DNA from: a virus
Strand: one strand, 5' to 3'
Virus record (IMG/VR): IMGVR_UViG_3300028902_000264
DNA length: 64,000 nucleotides
The position numbers and the translations under genes were made by a program. Under the pieces are notes generated by a model. That model was given only the letters and a program-made list of their open reading frames with translations, ran no database searches and was not told the origin of the DNA. Shown in pieces: positions 19,264-27,918 of this stretch (positions are counted from its first letter, which is position 1; the number at the start of each line of letters is the position of its first letter).

Positions 19264-22200
19264 ATGGAAAATAATACCAACCCAAAAAACGGGCAACCGA
19301 CACAAAAATATGATGTTTCTGATCTTGTTGAAGGAATTCCACGTTATATATTTGATCGACTTTCTAAAGTTGCCCAAAAGTCTATTACCCAGTCAGAAGG
19401 TTCGCTAACTCATAAATTAAATGTTTATAAAAAAACTTGTTTTTTATATAATGGAAATCTTGTAGTTGTTGCAACATATCACACAGACAGAAATCAAGCA
19501 GAAGCTGATGAATTTATCGAAAAAGTTAACTCATATTATTCAGAACTTTTAAAAAAATACGATGAGAAGACTGGAATTCCTCTTATTGTTTATGATCGTC
19601 TTTCGGATAAAGCTAAAACTTATCTTCATAGATTTGATGGTTATTCTTCAAGAAGAGAATATATAAACAAATTAACATATGTTGAAAAACAAAATCTTTG
19701 TTTGCGCGACCAACACGGCGATGCAGTAAAACAAGATAGAGAACCAGGTTCTTTTCGTTTTGCTGAAATAGCAACCGAACCAGAAAAGTTGAATCTGTTT
19801 ATTGAAAAGGTAAACAAACATTATGAATCTCTACCTAAGTTAGAAACTTTCGATCTTAAAGACAAAGTAAATGGGGTGCCAAAATATGTTTATGATAAGT
19901 TAAGTAACTTTGCGAAACTGCAAATTGTAAAAAATCACGCAAACCCAAAGAATCTATTAAACCTAATAGAAGTTGGCACAAGGTTTACACTTTGGTTGTA
20001 TGATTCAAAAGGCAACTCATCATTAGGTATAAGTGATGATTCCGCAAAAGAAGATGTAGATAAGTTTGTAAGAGATGTAAATTCTTTTTACTTTTCTCTT
20101 GAGAAAGAGTGCATCGAAAAAGATCGAGACACAGGAATTCCATGTTATGTTTTAAACATGCTTTCAGATGAAGCAAAGAAAAACTTATATAAATACAATT
20201 CCTCAATATCTGATATTGCTCCTGAATATGCAAACAAACTTACACACAACGAACCTACTCTTTGCTTGAGGGACGAAAAAAGTCAAGTAAAAGAGGTCTT
20301 TAAATTTCAAAGTCCGTCAAGTTGGAAACTTGGAGAAAAAAACCTCTTTATTGAGAGAGTAAACTCATATTACGAAACTCTTAAGAAAAAAGAGCTTGAA
20401 AAAACTGAAGAGAAAAGCACAAGCTCAGACCTTGTTTATAAAGAAAACGAGCGAAAAAAAGATGGGCTTCCAGCTTATGTTTCTGATAGGCTATCTTATA
20501 CTGCAAGGTTAAACATTGTTAAAGACATTGCTCGACCAAAAAATCAACTCAATGTTTTAGAAAACAACTGTTGGTTTTATGATAGAACAGGAAAAGTTAT
20601 TTCTATGCTAAACACTACCTCAACAAAAGAAGATGCAGATAAGTTTTGCAAAACCGTAAATGATTATTTTGTTGATATAGGGAAAACATTCACAGAAACA
20701 GATCCTGCCACAAAAATTCCGCTATACGTTTATAACAATCTTTCTGACAAAGCAAAAAAACAGTTATATAAGTTTGATAGAAACAAGTCGCGGTTATCGC
20801 CAGACTATAAAAATAAATTAACGTACTCGGATGATTCTCTCTGTTTTAGAGACAAAGAAAGTAATATTTCCAAAGAAGTAATTTACGATTCTTTCGATTT
20901 TATATATTCTAAAATGGATAAAATTGACAAGTTTCTTGAAACAGTAAATTCATTTTATGAAACCTTTGAAGAAAAAAAACCAGACACAGCAGAATCCCGC
21001 ATACCAGAACACTTTAGAAACCTATTTTCGGCAACCACCAAAAAATACTTGATTAAAATCGATCGAGGTGATGAATCGGATTTAAAAACCTTTGCACTAA
21101 AAGCAACGGTGAGTGATAAGTCTCTCTGCGTTAGAGACTTTTATGGAGTAGAAATTCTTTCTATTGATTTTAGTGCCCCGCTAGGAAAACAACCTGAAGT
21201 CGTTAATAAATATTTTGCGGCGGTTGATACCATTATAAATGGTCTAACACCCAGAGCAAAACAAATTCTGGAAGATAAAACTCTTTTTCTGGATGTGAGA
21301 TTTTACGGCGAGGGTATTTTACAGTGTTATATTAAAAACCATAAAGGTATTGTTATAAAACAATTAACGAATCTCTTCGATTTAGCGACCCAAAAATATG
21401 TTATAAATGCTTTAAACTATTTTGCAAACCATCAAACTCTTCGAACAGAAAAATTTTATTTGGATGACGGGCAAACAAAATTAAAAACCATTTCAAGTGA
21501 AGACATTCTTGATTATATTCCTCTGCTAGACTATTATAAAAACAAAGGAATCGAAAATCTTGATTTTGATTTGTATTCTTATTCGCTTAACAGCATCAAA
21601 CCTTCGATTGTTGGAGGAATGCTTGAATATAACATTAACGGAGATGCTTGTTCGCAAAAACAGTGGTATGAATCTCAAATTGAAACAGTTTCTGTTGAAA
21701 CCTACTCGGGAGAAACAATTGAAGTTCCCTGGTTTATTCAACAAATTATCAAGAATAGAAAAGTTGTTCCTTATCCAAGATTAAGTGAATCCAATATAAA
21801 CTTGAAAACTGAAATCGAGTGGATGTTGAAACAGACGGAAAGTTTCGTGATTTATAACCCAAATCAAAGAGGTGAAGGGGGGCGCTCGTTGATGGAAGTT
21901 GAACCAGAAGAATTTAAAAAAGTATATAAAAAATACTTTGAAGGAAAAGAAGATTGGAGTACCTTTCCCAAGTTTTGGAGAGATCCTGAGATTTATTCTG
22001 ATCGAGAATCTCCAAAAATAACACACATTGTTTTTGATCAAGATGATGCTGTAATGAAAATTACAGAAAAAGATATTTGTGTTGATGGTCAGAGCAAATC
22101 TCTCAGAGAAGCAATTGATATCAAATCAAAGTCAATTAAAGATGAAGCCGAGTTTATGGAGGAGATTTATAAAAACCTTGATGAAAATGGAATACCTGTT

Positions 22201-22971
22201 TATTTGAAAACTAGGTTTGAAGACAAACCTGAATACCTTGCTTCTCTATCCTCTTACAAAAATTATATTGAATCCAAATATGGAACAAGTATAGAAAAAG
22301 GTAATCTCTCTAGAGAAACTTTTAATGGATTTATAGCCAATCACATTAAAGCCGCTGATGCCGAACTTCTCCTCTCAAAATTGGAAGAAGTTAATAAACT
22401 ACTGCTTTCGAAAAAAGAAACAAAAGAAGCCAAAGAAAACAAGGTTGAAACGAGTGTTTTAGTCAAACATAAAATATTTGAAACTGCGGTTTCTGATGGC
22501 AAAGAAGTTGCAAAAAGACTTGTTGTGATGAATGTCTCAAACATCATTCAAAACTTGTTGATTCAGCTCATTACTAGTTCTGTTTCAAAACAGAAAAAAC
22601 AAATGATAGGTTCCAAATTAGAAGAATTTTTTTCTTCTGAAAAAGGAAAAGCAATTCTTCAAATTTCTGCCTCTGCCGCCCTTCCATATGTTTCAAATCA
22701 TATTCCAGAAAAATACAGAGAACAAGTTTCGATTATCGCTGACGAGTTTAGAATCCAAGGCGAAACCACAATTGTTCTTGAGTTAACAAACAAATTAACG
22801 GAAGTGTTGAAGAACAAGGTTGTTGAAGATTTGATTAATTCTGGCGAGCTGGTTCGGGTTGACCTAACCCCAGCAACTAATCAAACTCCAAATCAATTCT
22901 TCGGAAAAGAAGAAGAAAGTGATCTCGGTGTAAGCTCTTCAACAAGTGACAAATCTTATCTTGTCAACTAA
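19264..22971 (+). CDS. Large repeat protein, shared-CTD family member 3
   Basis: 1235 aa. Seven approx. 85-aa GIPxYxxxxLS...FIEKVNxYY repeats, a central domain and the CTD. Confidence 0.85.
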   Translation: MENNTNPKNGQPTQKYDVSDLVEGIPRYIFDRLSKVAQKSITQSEGSLTHKLNVYKKTCFLYNGNLVVVATYHTDRNQAEADEFIEKVNSYYSELLKKYDEKTGIPLIVYDRLSDKAKTYLHRFDGYSSRREYINKLTYVEKQNLCLRDQHGDAVKQDREPGSFRFAEIATEPEKLNLFIEKVNKHYESLPKLETFDLKDKVNGVPKYVYDKLSNFAKLQIVKNHANPKNLLNLIEVGTRFTLWLYDSKGNSSLGISDDSAKEDVDKFVRDVNSFYFSLEKECIEKDRDTGIPCYVLNMLSDEAKKNLYKYNSSISDIAPEYANKLTHNEPTLCLRDEKSQVKEVFKFQSPSSWKLGEKNLFIERVNSYYETLKKKELEKTEEKSTSSDLVYKENERKKDGLPAYVSDRLSYTARLNIVKDIARPKNQLNVLENNCWFYDRTGKVISMLNTTSTKEDADKFCKTVNDYFVDIGKTFTETDPATKIPLYVYNNLSDKAKKQLYKFDRNKSRLSPDYKNKLTYSDDSLCFRDKESNISKEVIYDSFDFIYSKMDKIDKFLETVNSFYETFEEKKPDTAESRIPEHFRNLFSATTKKYLIKIDRGDESDLKTFALKATVSDKSLCVRDFYGVEILSIDFSAPLGKQPEVVNKYFAAVDTIINGLTPRAKQILEDKTLFLDVRFYGEGILQCYIKNHKGIVIKQLTNLFDLATQKYVINALNYFANHQTLRTEKFYLDDGQTKLKTISSEDILDYIPLLDYYKNKGIENLDFDLYSYSLNSIKPSIVGGMLEYNINGDACSQKQWYESQIETVSVETYSGETIEVPWFIQQIIKNRKVVPYPRLSESNINLKTEIEWMLKQTESFVIYNPNQRGEGGRSLMEVEPEEFKKVYKKYFEGKEDWSTFPKFWRDPEIYSDRESPKITHIVFDQDDAVMKITEKDICVDGQSKSLREAIDIKSKSIKDEAEFMEEIYKNLDENGIPVYLKTRFEDKPEYLASLSSYKNYIESKYGTSIEKGNLSRETFNGFIANHIKAADAELLLSKLEEVNKLLLSKKETKEAKENKVETSVLVKHKIFETAVSDGKEVAKRLVVMNVSNIIQNLLIQLITSSVSKQKKQMIGSKLEEFFSSEKGKAILQISASAALPYVSNHIPEKYREQVSIIADEFRIQGETTIVLELTNKLTEVLKNKVVEDLINSGELVRVDLTPATNQTPNQFFGKEEESDLGVSSSTSDKSYLVN

Positions 22972-22992
22972 ACAATAAAGGAATGTCTAATA

Positions 22993-25900
22993 ATGGTAAC
23001 CACAAAAAAAGGAACTCCCAAAAAAACGGCATCAAAACCAAAACGAGAATTAGAAAAAAATGGAATTCCTAAATGTTTATGGTCAAAAATTGATGGTATT
23101 GCCTCGACATTTGTCGAGAACGAGTCGGATGCCAGTGATCTTAAAAACAAAGTAACATTTACTAATAAAAGTATCTCTATTCGAGACAAGGAAGGAAATA
23201 AAAAAGATTATGTTTTATTTTCTGCTTCGGAGAAAAAACTTGCCGAGTTTGCCGCAAAAATTAACGAATGGTCCAAAACAACAAAGTCTTTAGATCTTAT
23301 TCCAGATGAACTTTTGAAAGCTTTGTCAAAAGAGGCAAAAGAAAATATTATAAACATCGAAAGAATTCATAAATTAGACTTTGACAAAAAACCTAATTTT
23401 TCAAATAAATTAACTAATGATGGAAATTCTCTTCTTTTAAGAGACGGGCTTGGATACGGTAAGTTTGATATTCATATATATTATGACGAAAGATCTCTTG
23501 AGAAAATCAATAAGTTCGCCTCGAAAGTTAATGAACGTTATAAGTCTTCTCCTAACCCAACAGAAACAAAAGAAAAAAAATCGGAAGAGATTTCGACCGA
23601 GTTGCATGAAAATGGCATGCCGAAATATATTTGGGAAAGGCTTTCCAAGGAAGCAAAAGATAACTGCGTTAATCTTAAATTGTTAAAGGATTGGACCCAC
23701 AAACGAGTTGCAAATAAAATAACGTATACCAATTTCTCTATTACGTTAAGAGATGAATTCGGTGACGAAGGAGTTTTATATTCCTACAACAAACCAGAAG
23801 GTTTTAATCGATTTATTGAAAAAGCAAATAGGTTTTATGAAAACTTAAAAGAGAAAGAAAAAGAGGAACCATCCGTTAAAGTTGACTTGGTTACAAAAAA
23901 AGAAGGTATTCCAAAATATATTTGGGATGGTTTATCCGAGGAAGCAAGAAAGAATTTATTAGATGTATCTGTATGGGGTGATTCTATTGACTTAAACGAG
24001 AAAATAACTTATACCTACGATGATATTTTGCTGAGAATAGATGAATATAAACTTATTATATTCTCCCAAGCAACAAAAGAAACCTATGATAAGTTTATAA
24101 AAACTGCTAATGACTTCTATGCAAAAAAACTTCTTTCCAAAAAAGAGAAAGAAGAGAAAGAGAAAGAGAAAGAAGAAATTTTTGATCTATTAAAAGACAA
24201 AACCGCGGATGGAATCCCAAAATATATTTGGGATAAACTTTGCAAAAAAGCCAAAGAAAACCTTGTACATGTCCATCAAAATGTATTGATAAACAAATTA
24301 ACATATAATATTAATTCCATCTTTTTAAGAAAAAACGATGGAAATATCAACGGTGGCGGAATCGTGTTTTCCGAAACTTCCAGGCAACAAGTTGACGAGT
24401 TTATCGAAAAAACAAATGAATATTTTAACAAAGAAATAATTCCTCCAAATCAATTTCCTCTCGAATTGTGGAAAACCCTTCCAAATGATGTAAAAGCAGA
24501 AATTGAAACATCTGAATTAAAGTATCGAATTATGATGGACATGGTTCCTACACATGCTAGCTTTTGTATAGAAGAAACACCTTATTTTAAGTTTGAATTA
24601 ACAAATCTAACAACAGAAGGCAAAACAAAGTTTTGCCAAGCGGTTACAACTCTTGTTAGAGAACGGATGCCCGCAACCGAAAAAATTACTGTTCGCGGTA
24701 GCGGTATAACTTTCGGTAAAGTTCTCTTGGATGAAGCAGTAAATCGATTATCACTATGGGATTATTTTAACAATGAAACAATAAGTTTTTCAAAACAAGG
24801 ATTCCAGCAATCTCAAAAAAAAGGAAACATTAAACCAGGTCGTTTGTTGTCTGATGATAGTTGGGTAAGCAATTGGGAATCTTTGTCTAAAGAAACTCAC
24901 TTTAAAAATCTTTTAGAAGAAATTGAAGTAGAAGATCCAGTTACCAGCCATAAGTTTAGGATTCCCAAATTTATTTACGACCGAGCGAAAAACAAATGTT
25001 TTATTTCTTACGATACTTTTACTGTAAGAAAATCGAGATATAATAAGTTTTTATCCGAAATAACTGAACCTGTATATATTATAGACCATAAATCAACGCG
25101 ATATGGATTTGTTGAAATTCAACCTGGGGATTTTCTTGCCGCGAAAAACTCAAGACTCGAACATTGCAATTGGTGGTTAGAAAAGAAATTATATCTTTCC
25201 TATGAAGATAATCCAAGGATTACTCACATTGATTTTATCGTAGATAAAAACAATCAGGCAATTGTAGAATCTTCTGTTTTTGTAAATGGCGAACGAACAT
25301 ATTTGCCTATAGCTTTTAAAACGAAATCCGATTCGATTGATAAGTTTAAAACAATGGTATTTGACAAAACTGATAAAGATGGTATCCCATGTTGCCTAAG
25401 TGATCTATTGCCAAAGAATTATACTTTTTCAAAAAGTTACACTTCGATAAGTGTTAAAGATTTATCAAAAGGACACACAAGCGAATATATTAGATTAACG
25501 GATATTTATTCTCTTCAAGATATTGAAAAAGCAAAACGTATAATTCAAGAGTTTATTTCCGATATCGAAACTCCAAAAGCAGAAGAAAAAGACTTAAAAG
25601 AAGTTGAGAAAGAAGAAGCGGTAAAAGTAAAAGAACCTGAGATAAAACAAGAGGAAGTTAAGGAGGTTGCCCCAATTATTGTTACCGCAAACGTTCCTGT
25701 TTCTAAACTGTCTTCTATTGCCGCCTTGGACTCGGCAGAGACGATAAAACGATTGGTTAGCATGAATATAACCAGCATGGTTCAAAACCTGCTGTTGGAA
25801 CTTTTAACGGAAAAAACGGGCAAACAAAAACAAGAACTGTTAAAAACAAAACTAAAAGAGTTCTTTAAAACCTCTAATGGAAAAACCTTAATTCAGCTTT

Positions 25901-26217
25901 TGGTATCAGGATTGATTCCTCATGTTCTATCACATATTCCAGAAAAATATAGAGAACAAGTTTCTTCCATTTCCGATGAATTAAGAATTCAAGGCGAAAC
26001 CGAAACTGTTATGTTTATTCTCGATAAAGTTTCGAACACAATAAGTGGTAAAATCATTACCGAGTTTTTAAACAAAAACGAGCTTGTTCGAATTGATGTT
26101 TCAAACAATACAAACACATCCGAAAATCGAACCTTAACAAGTGGTCGAGAAGACTTTAACTTGTATGAACTTCAATCTTCTCCTCTAGTGTCAGAAAAAT
26201 CGGCGGTAGTAAAATGA
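22993..26217 (+). CDS. Large repeat protein, shared-CTD family member 4
   Basis: 1074 aa. Five to six GIPKYIW repeats, a central domain and the CTD. Confidence 0.85.
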   Translation: MVTTKKGTPKKTASKPKRELEKNGIPKCLWSKIDGIASTFVENESDASDLKNKVTFTNKSISIRDKEGNKKDYVLFSASEKKLAEFAAKINEWSKTTKSLDLIPDELLKALSKEAKENIINIERIHKLDFDKKPNFSNKLTNDGNSLLLRDGLGYGKFDIHIYYDERSLEKINKFASKVNERYKSSPNPTETKEKKSEEISTELHENGMPKYIWERLSKEAKDNCVNLKLLKDWTHKRVANKITYTNFSITLRDEFGDEGVLYSYNKPEGFNRFIEKANRFYENLKEKEKEEPSVKVDLVTKKEGIPKYIWDGLSEEARKNLLDVSVWGDSIDLNEKITYTYDDILLRIDEYKLIIFSQATKETYDKFIKTANDFYAKKLLSKKEKEEKEKEKEEIFDLLKDKTADGIPKYIWDKLCKKAKENLVHVHQNVLINKLTYNINSIFLRKNDGNINGGGIVFSETSRQQVDEFIEKTNEYFNKEIIPPNQFPLELWKTLPNDVKAEIETSELKYRIMMDMVPTHASFCIEETPYFKFELTNLTTEGKTKFCQAVTTLVRERMPATEKITVRGSGITFGKVLLDEAVNRLSLWDYFNNETISFSKQGFQQSQKKGNIKPGRLLSDDSWVSNWESLSKETHFKNLLEEIEVEDPVTSHKFRIPKFIYDRAKNKCFISYDTFTVRKSRYNKFLSEITEPVYIIDHKSTRYGFVEIQPGDFLAAKNSRLEHCNWWLEKKLYLSYEDNPRITHIDFIVDKNNQAIVESSVFVNGERTYLPIAFKTKSDSIDKFKTMVFDKTDKDGIPCCLSDLLPKNYTFSKSYTSISVKDLSKGHTSEYIRLTDIYSLQDIEKAKRIIQEFISDIETPKAEEKDLKEVEKEEAVKVKEPEIKQEEVKEVAPIIVTANVPVSKLSSIAALDSAETIKRLVSMNITSMVQNLLLELLTEKTGKQKQELLKTKLKEFFKTSNGKTLIQLLVSGLIPHVLSHIPEKYREQVSSISDELRIQGETETVMFILDKVSNTISGKIITEFLNKNELVRIDVSNNTNTSENRTLTSGREDFNLYELQSSPLVSEKSAVVK

Positions 26218-27821
26218 CAGAAACAAAAGAAACAATAGATGTATTGGTTGACAATAAACATATAAGATCTTTCGACTTAGAAAGGTTGACGAAACACATC
26301 TCTATATTTGATTTTTACTCACTTCCAGTGTCTGAAATTCCCAATACAAAACATGATTTTGTCTTTTTATCAAAAGATGATAGCAGCACTGGTGCTACAA
26401 TTTATGATAAACGAGACAACCGCGCATATTATAGTGCTGTAGTAAAACCTTATTCTGGCTATAACAAAATCGAATATTACAATTTTGCTGGGGATGGTTT
26501 GAAAAGTTTCAACAGAGACAAGAAAAACTGGTTTGATTTTCAGTCTGAATTGGTTGAACTTAAAGAAGAGGAAGGGACTCCTGGATTTAAGATTCCAAGA
26601 TTCATTAAGAATCTTATTCCCAAGGGAATGAAAATCCAAAAGTGGGATTACAATGCTTTATCTTCAACCAAAGAAAAGTGTTATTTTGTGAACTATGTTT
26701 CCGATCAATTTATCGAATTTTTTGAGTTCGATCCCGAAGAATATAAAAAGTCCAACCGCTATTATTGGTCTAGTCAATATCATTATAAAAATGTTTCCCA
26801 ACCTAAAATAACACATACAACTTATTCAATTGATAAAAAATCACAATCTTTTGATTGCACTTCCGTTTACATTAACGGAAAACAAATTCTTGAAAAAGAA
26901 GCCTTTAAAATTAAAGCAAAATATGATATCGATAAATTTCGAGATATTGAAAATCGGTTTGGAACAAGATTTAAACAAAAAGTTTATGATAAACTTTCCA
27001 AGGCGGCAATCGAAAATTTCGAGGCTGCACTAAAAACAAACGAAAGTAAAAAGTTAACATATATGGTTACTGAACGAGATGTTTGGGATTTGGCATTTGG
27101 TCCCCTTAAACAGGGTATCCACCACACATCTTCGGATAAACAAATTGAAGCGTTTGTGAACTTAGTAAACTCTTACTACGAGATTCTTAAAGAAGATAAA
27201 ATGGCCTCAAAAGAGGCATTGACAACAACTGGTCCAGTGACTACGTTGAACGATAAACAACAAAACGGCGACACGGAAACTCTCCAGGAGAAAAATAAAA
27301 TGGCAATAACCGCAAAAGACAAGGTTCTTCAAATTGCAATTTCTGACGGACAAGAGGTTGCAAAACGAGTAGCGACAAAACAAATCTCAAAACTAATGCA
27401 AGATACTCTTGTTAAGGCTCTGACTCAAGACCTTAAAGGCAAAAAGAAATCTGACACAAAAACTGCTCTCGAAGAATTTTTTGCTTCGGAAAAAGGAATG
27501 GCAGTAATTCAAGTATTTTGTGGTGTTGGTCTACCATTTGTACAAAAATATATTCCTGAAAAGTATCACAGCAAACTTACAATGATTTCTGATGAGATGA
27601 GAATTCAAGGTGAAACAACCGCTGCGCTTGAATTAATTGGGGCGGTAGAACCAATGATTAAAATGGCAGCAGGAGGTATTATGGATTCTTTGAATCAATT
27701 CTCTGCTGCAGAAGAATTTGTAAGAATTGAGACCTCTTCTGTTGAGTCTGTAAGAACAGACAATCAAAAAGAAGCTGAAGTTGTCGAATTGGCCTCTGCA
27801 AAAGAAAGAGCAAAGGCTTAA
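26214..27821 (+). CDS. Shared-CTD family member 5
   Basis: 535 aa. Central domain, one repeat, CTD AISDGQEVAKR...EMRIQGET. Confidence 0.85.
   Translation: MTETKETIDVLVDNKHIRSFDLERLTKHISIFDFYSLPVSEIPNTKHDFVFLSKDDSSTGATIYDKRDNRAYYSAVVKPYSGYNKIEYYNFAGDGLKSFNRDKKNWFDFQSELVELKEEEGTPGFKIPRFIKNLIPKGMKIQKWDYNALSSTKEKCYFVNYVSDQFIEFFEFDPEEYKKSNRYYWSSQYHYKNVSQPKITHTTYSIDKKSQSFDCTSVYINGKQILEKEAFKIKAKYDIDKFRDIENRFGTRFKQKVYDKLSKAAIENFEAALKTNESKKLTYMVTERDVWDLAFGPLKQGIHHTSSDKQIEAFVNLVNSYYEILKEDKMASKEALTTTGPVTTLNDKQQNGDTETLQEKNKMAITAKDKVLQIAISDGQEVAKRVATKQISKLMQDTLVKALTQDLKGKKKSDTKTALEEFFASEKGMAVIQVFCGVGLPFVQKYIPEKYHSKLTMISDEMRIQGETTAALELIGAVEPMIKMAAGGIMDSLNQFSAAEEFVRIETSSVESVRTDNQKEAEVVELASAKERAKA
27219..27247 (+). 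promoter_or_regulatory. Intragenic promoter upstream of the CTD of member 5
   Basis: TTGACA-N17-TACGTT, AGGAG at 27286-27290, in-frame ATG at 27300. Confidence 0.7.
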
Positions 27822-27856
27822 TACCAAAAGAAAATTTTCTTCTACTATTATACCTT

Positions 27857-27887
27857 AAGCCAGTTTATTCTGGCTTTTCTTATTTTT
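27857..27887 (+). terminator. Intrinsic terminator
   Basis: AAGCCAG-tttatt-CTGGCTT stem followed by TTCTTATTTTT. Confidence 0.7.
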
Positions 27888-27918
27888 GGGCCAAAAAAGG
27901 ATGTAAGAAATACAAAAC

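Noticed and set aside
22859-22887. Promoter overlapping the RVD codons of member 3 (GGG-TTGACC-N17-CAAACT)
   Set aside because: The -10 is poor, the spacer is not distinctive, and the -35 can be explained by Val-Asp codons. The equivalent position in other members lacks the motif.
24130-24180. GA-rich microsatellite
   Set aside because: It encodes a KEKEEKEKEKEE linker, ordinary low-complexity coding sequence.
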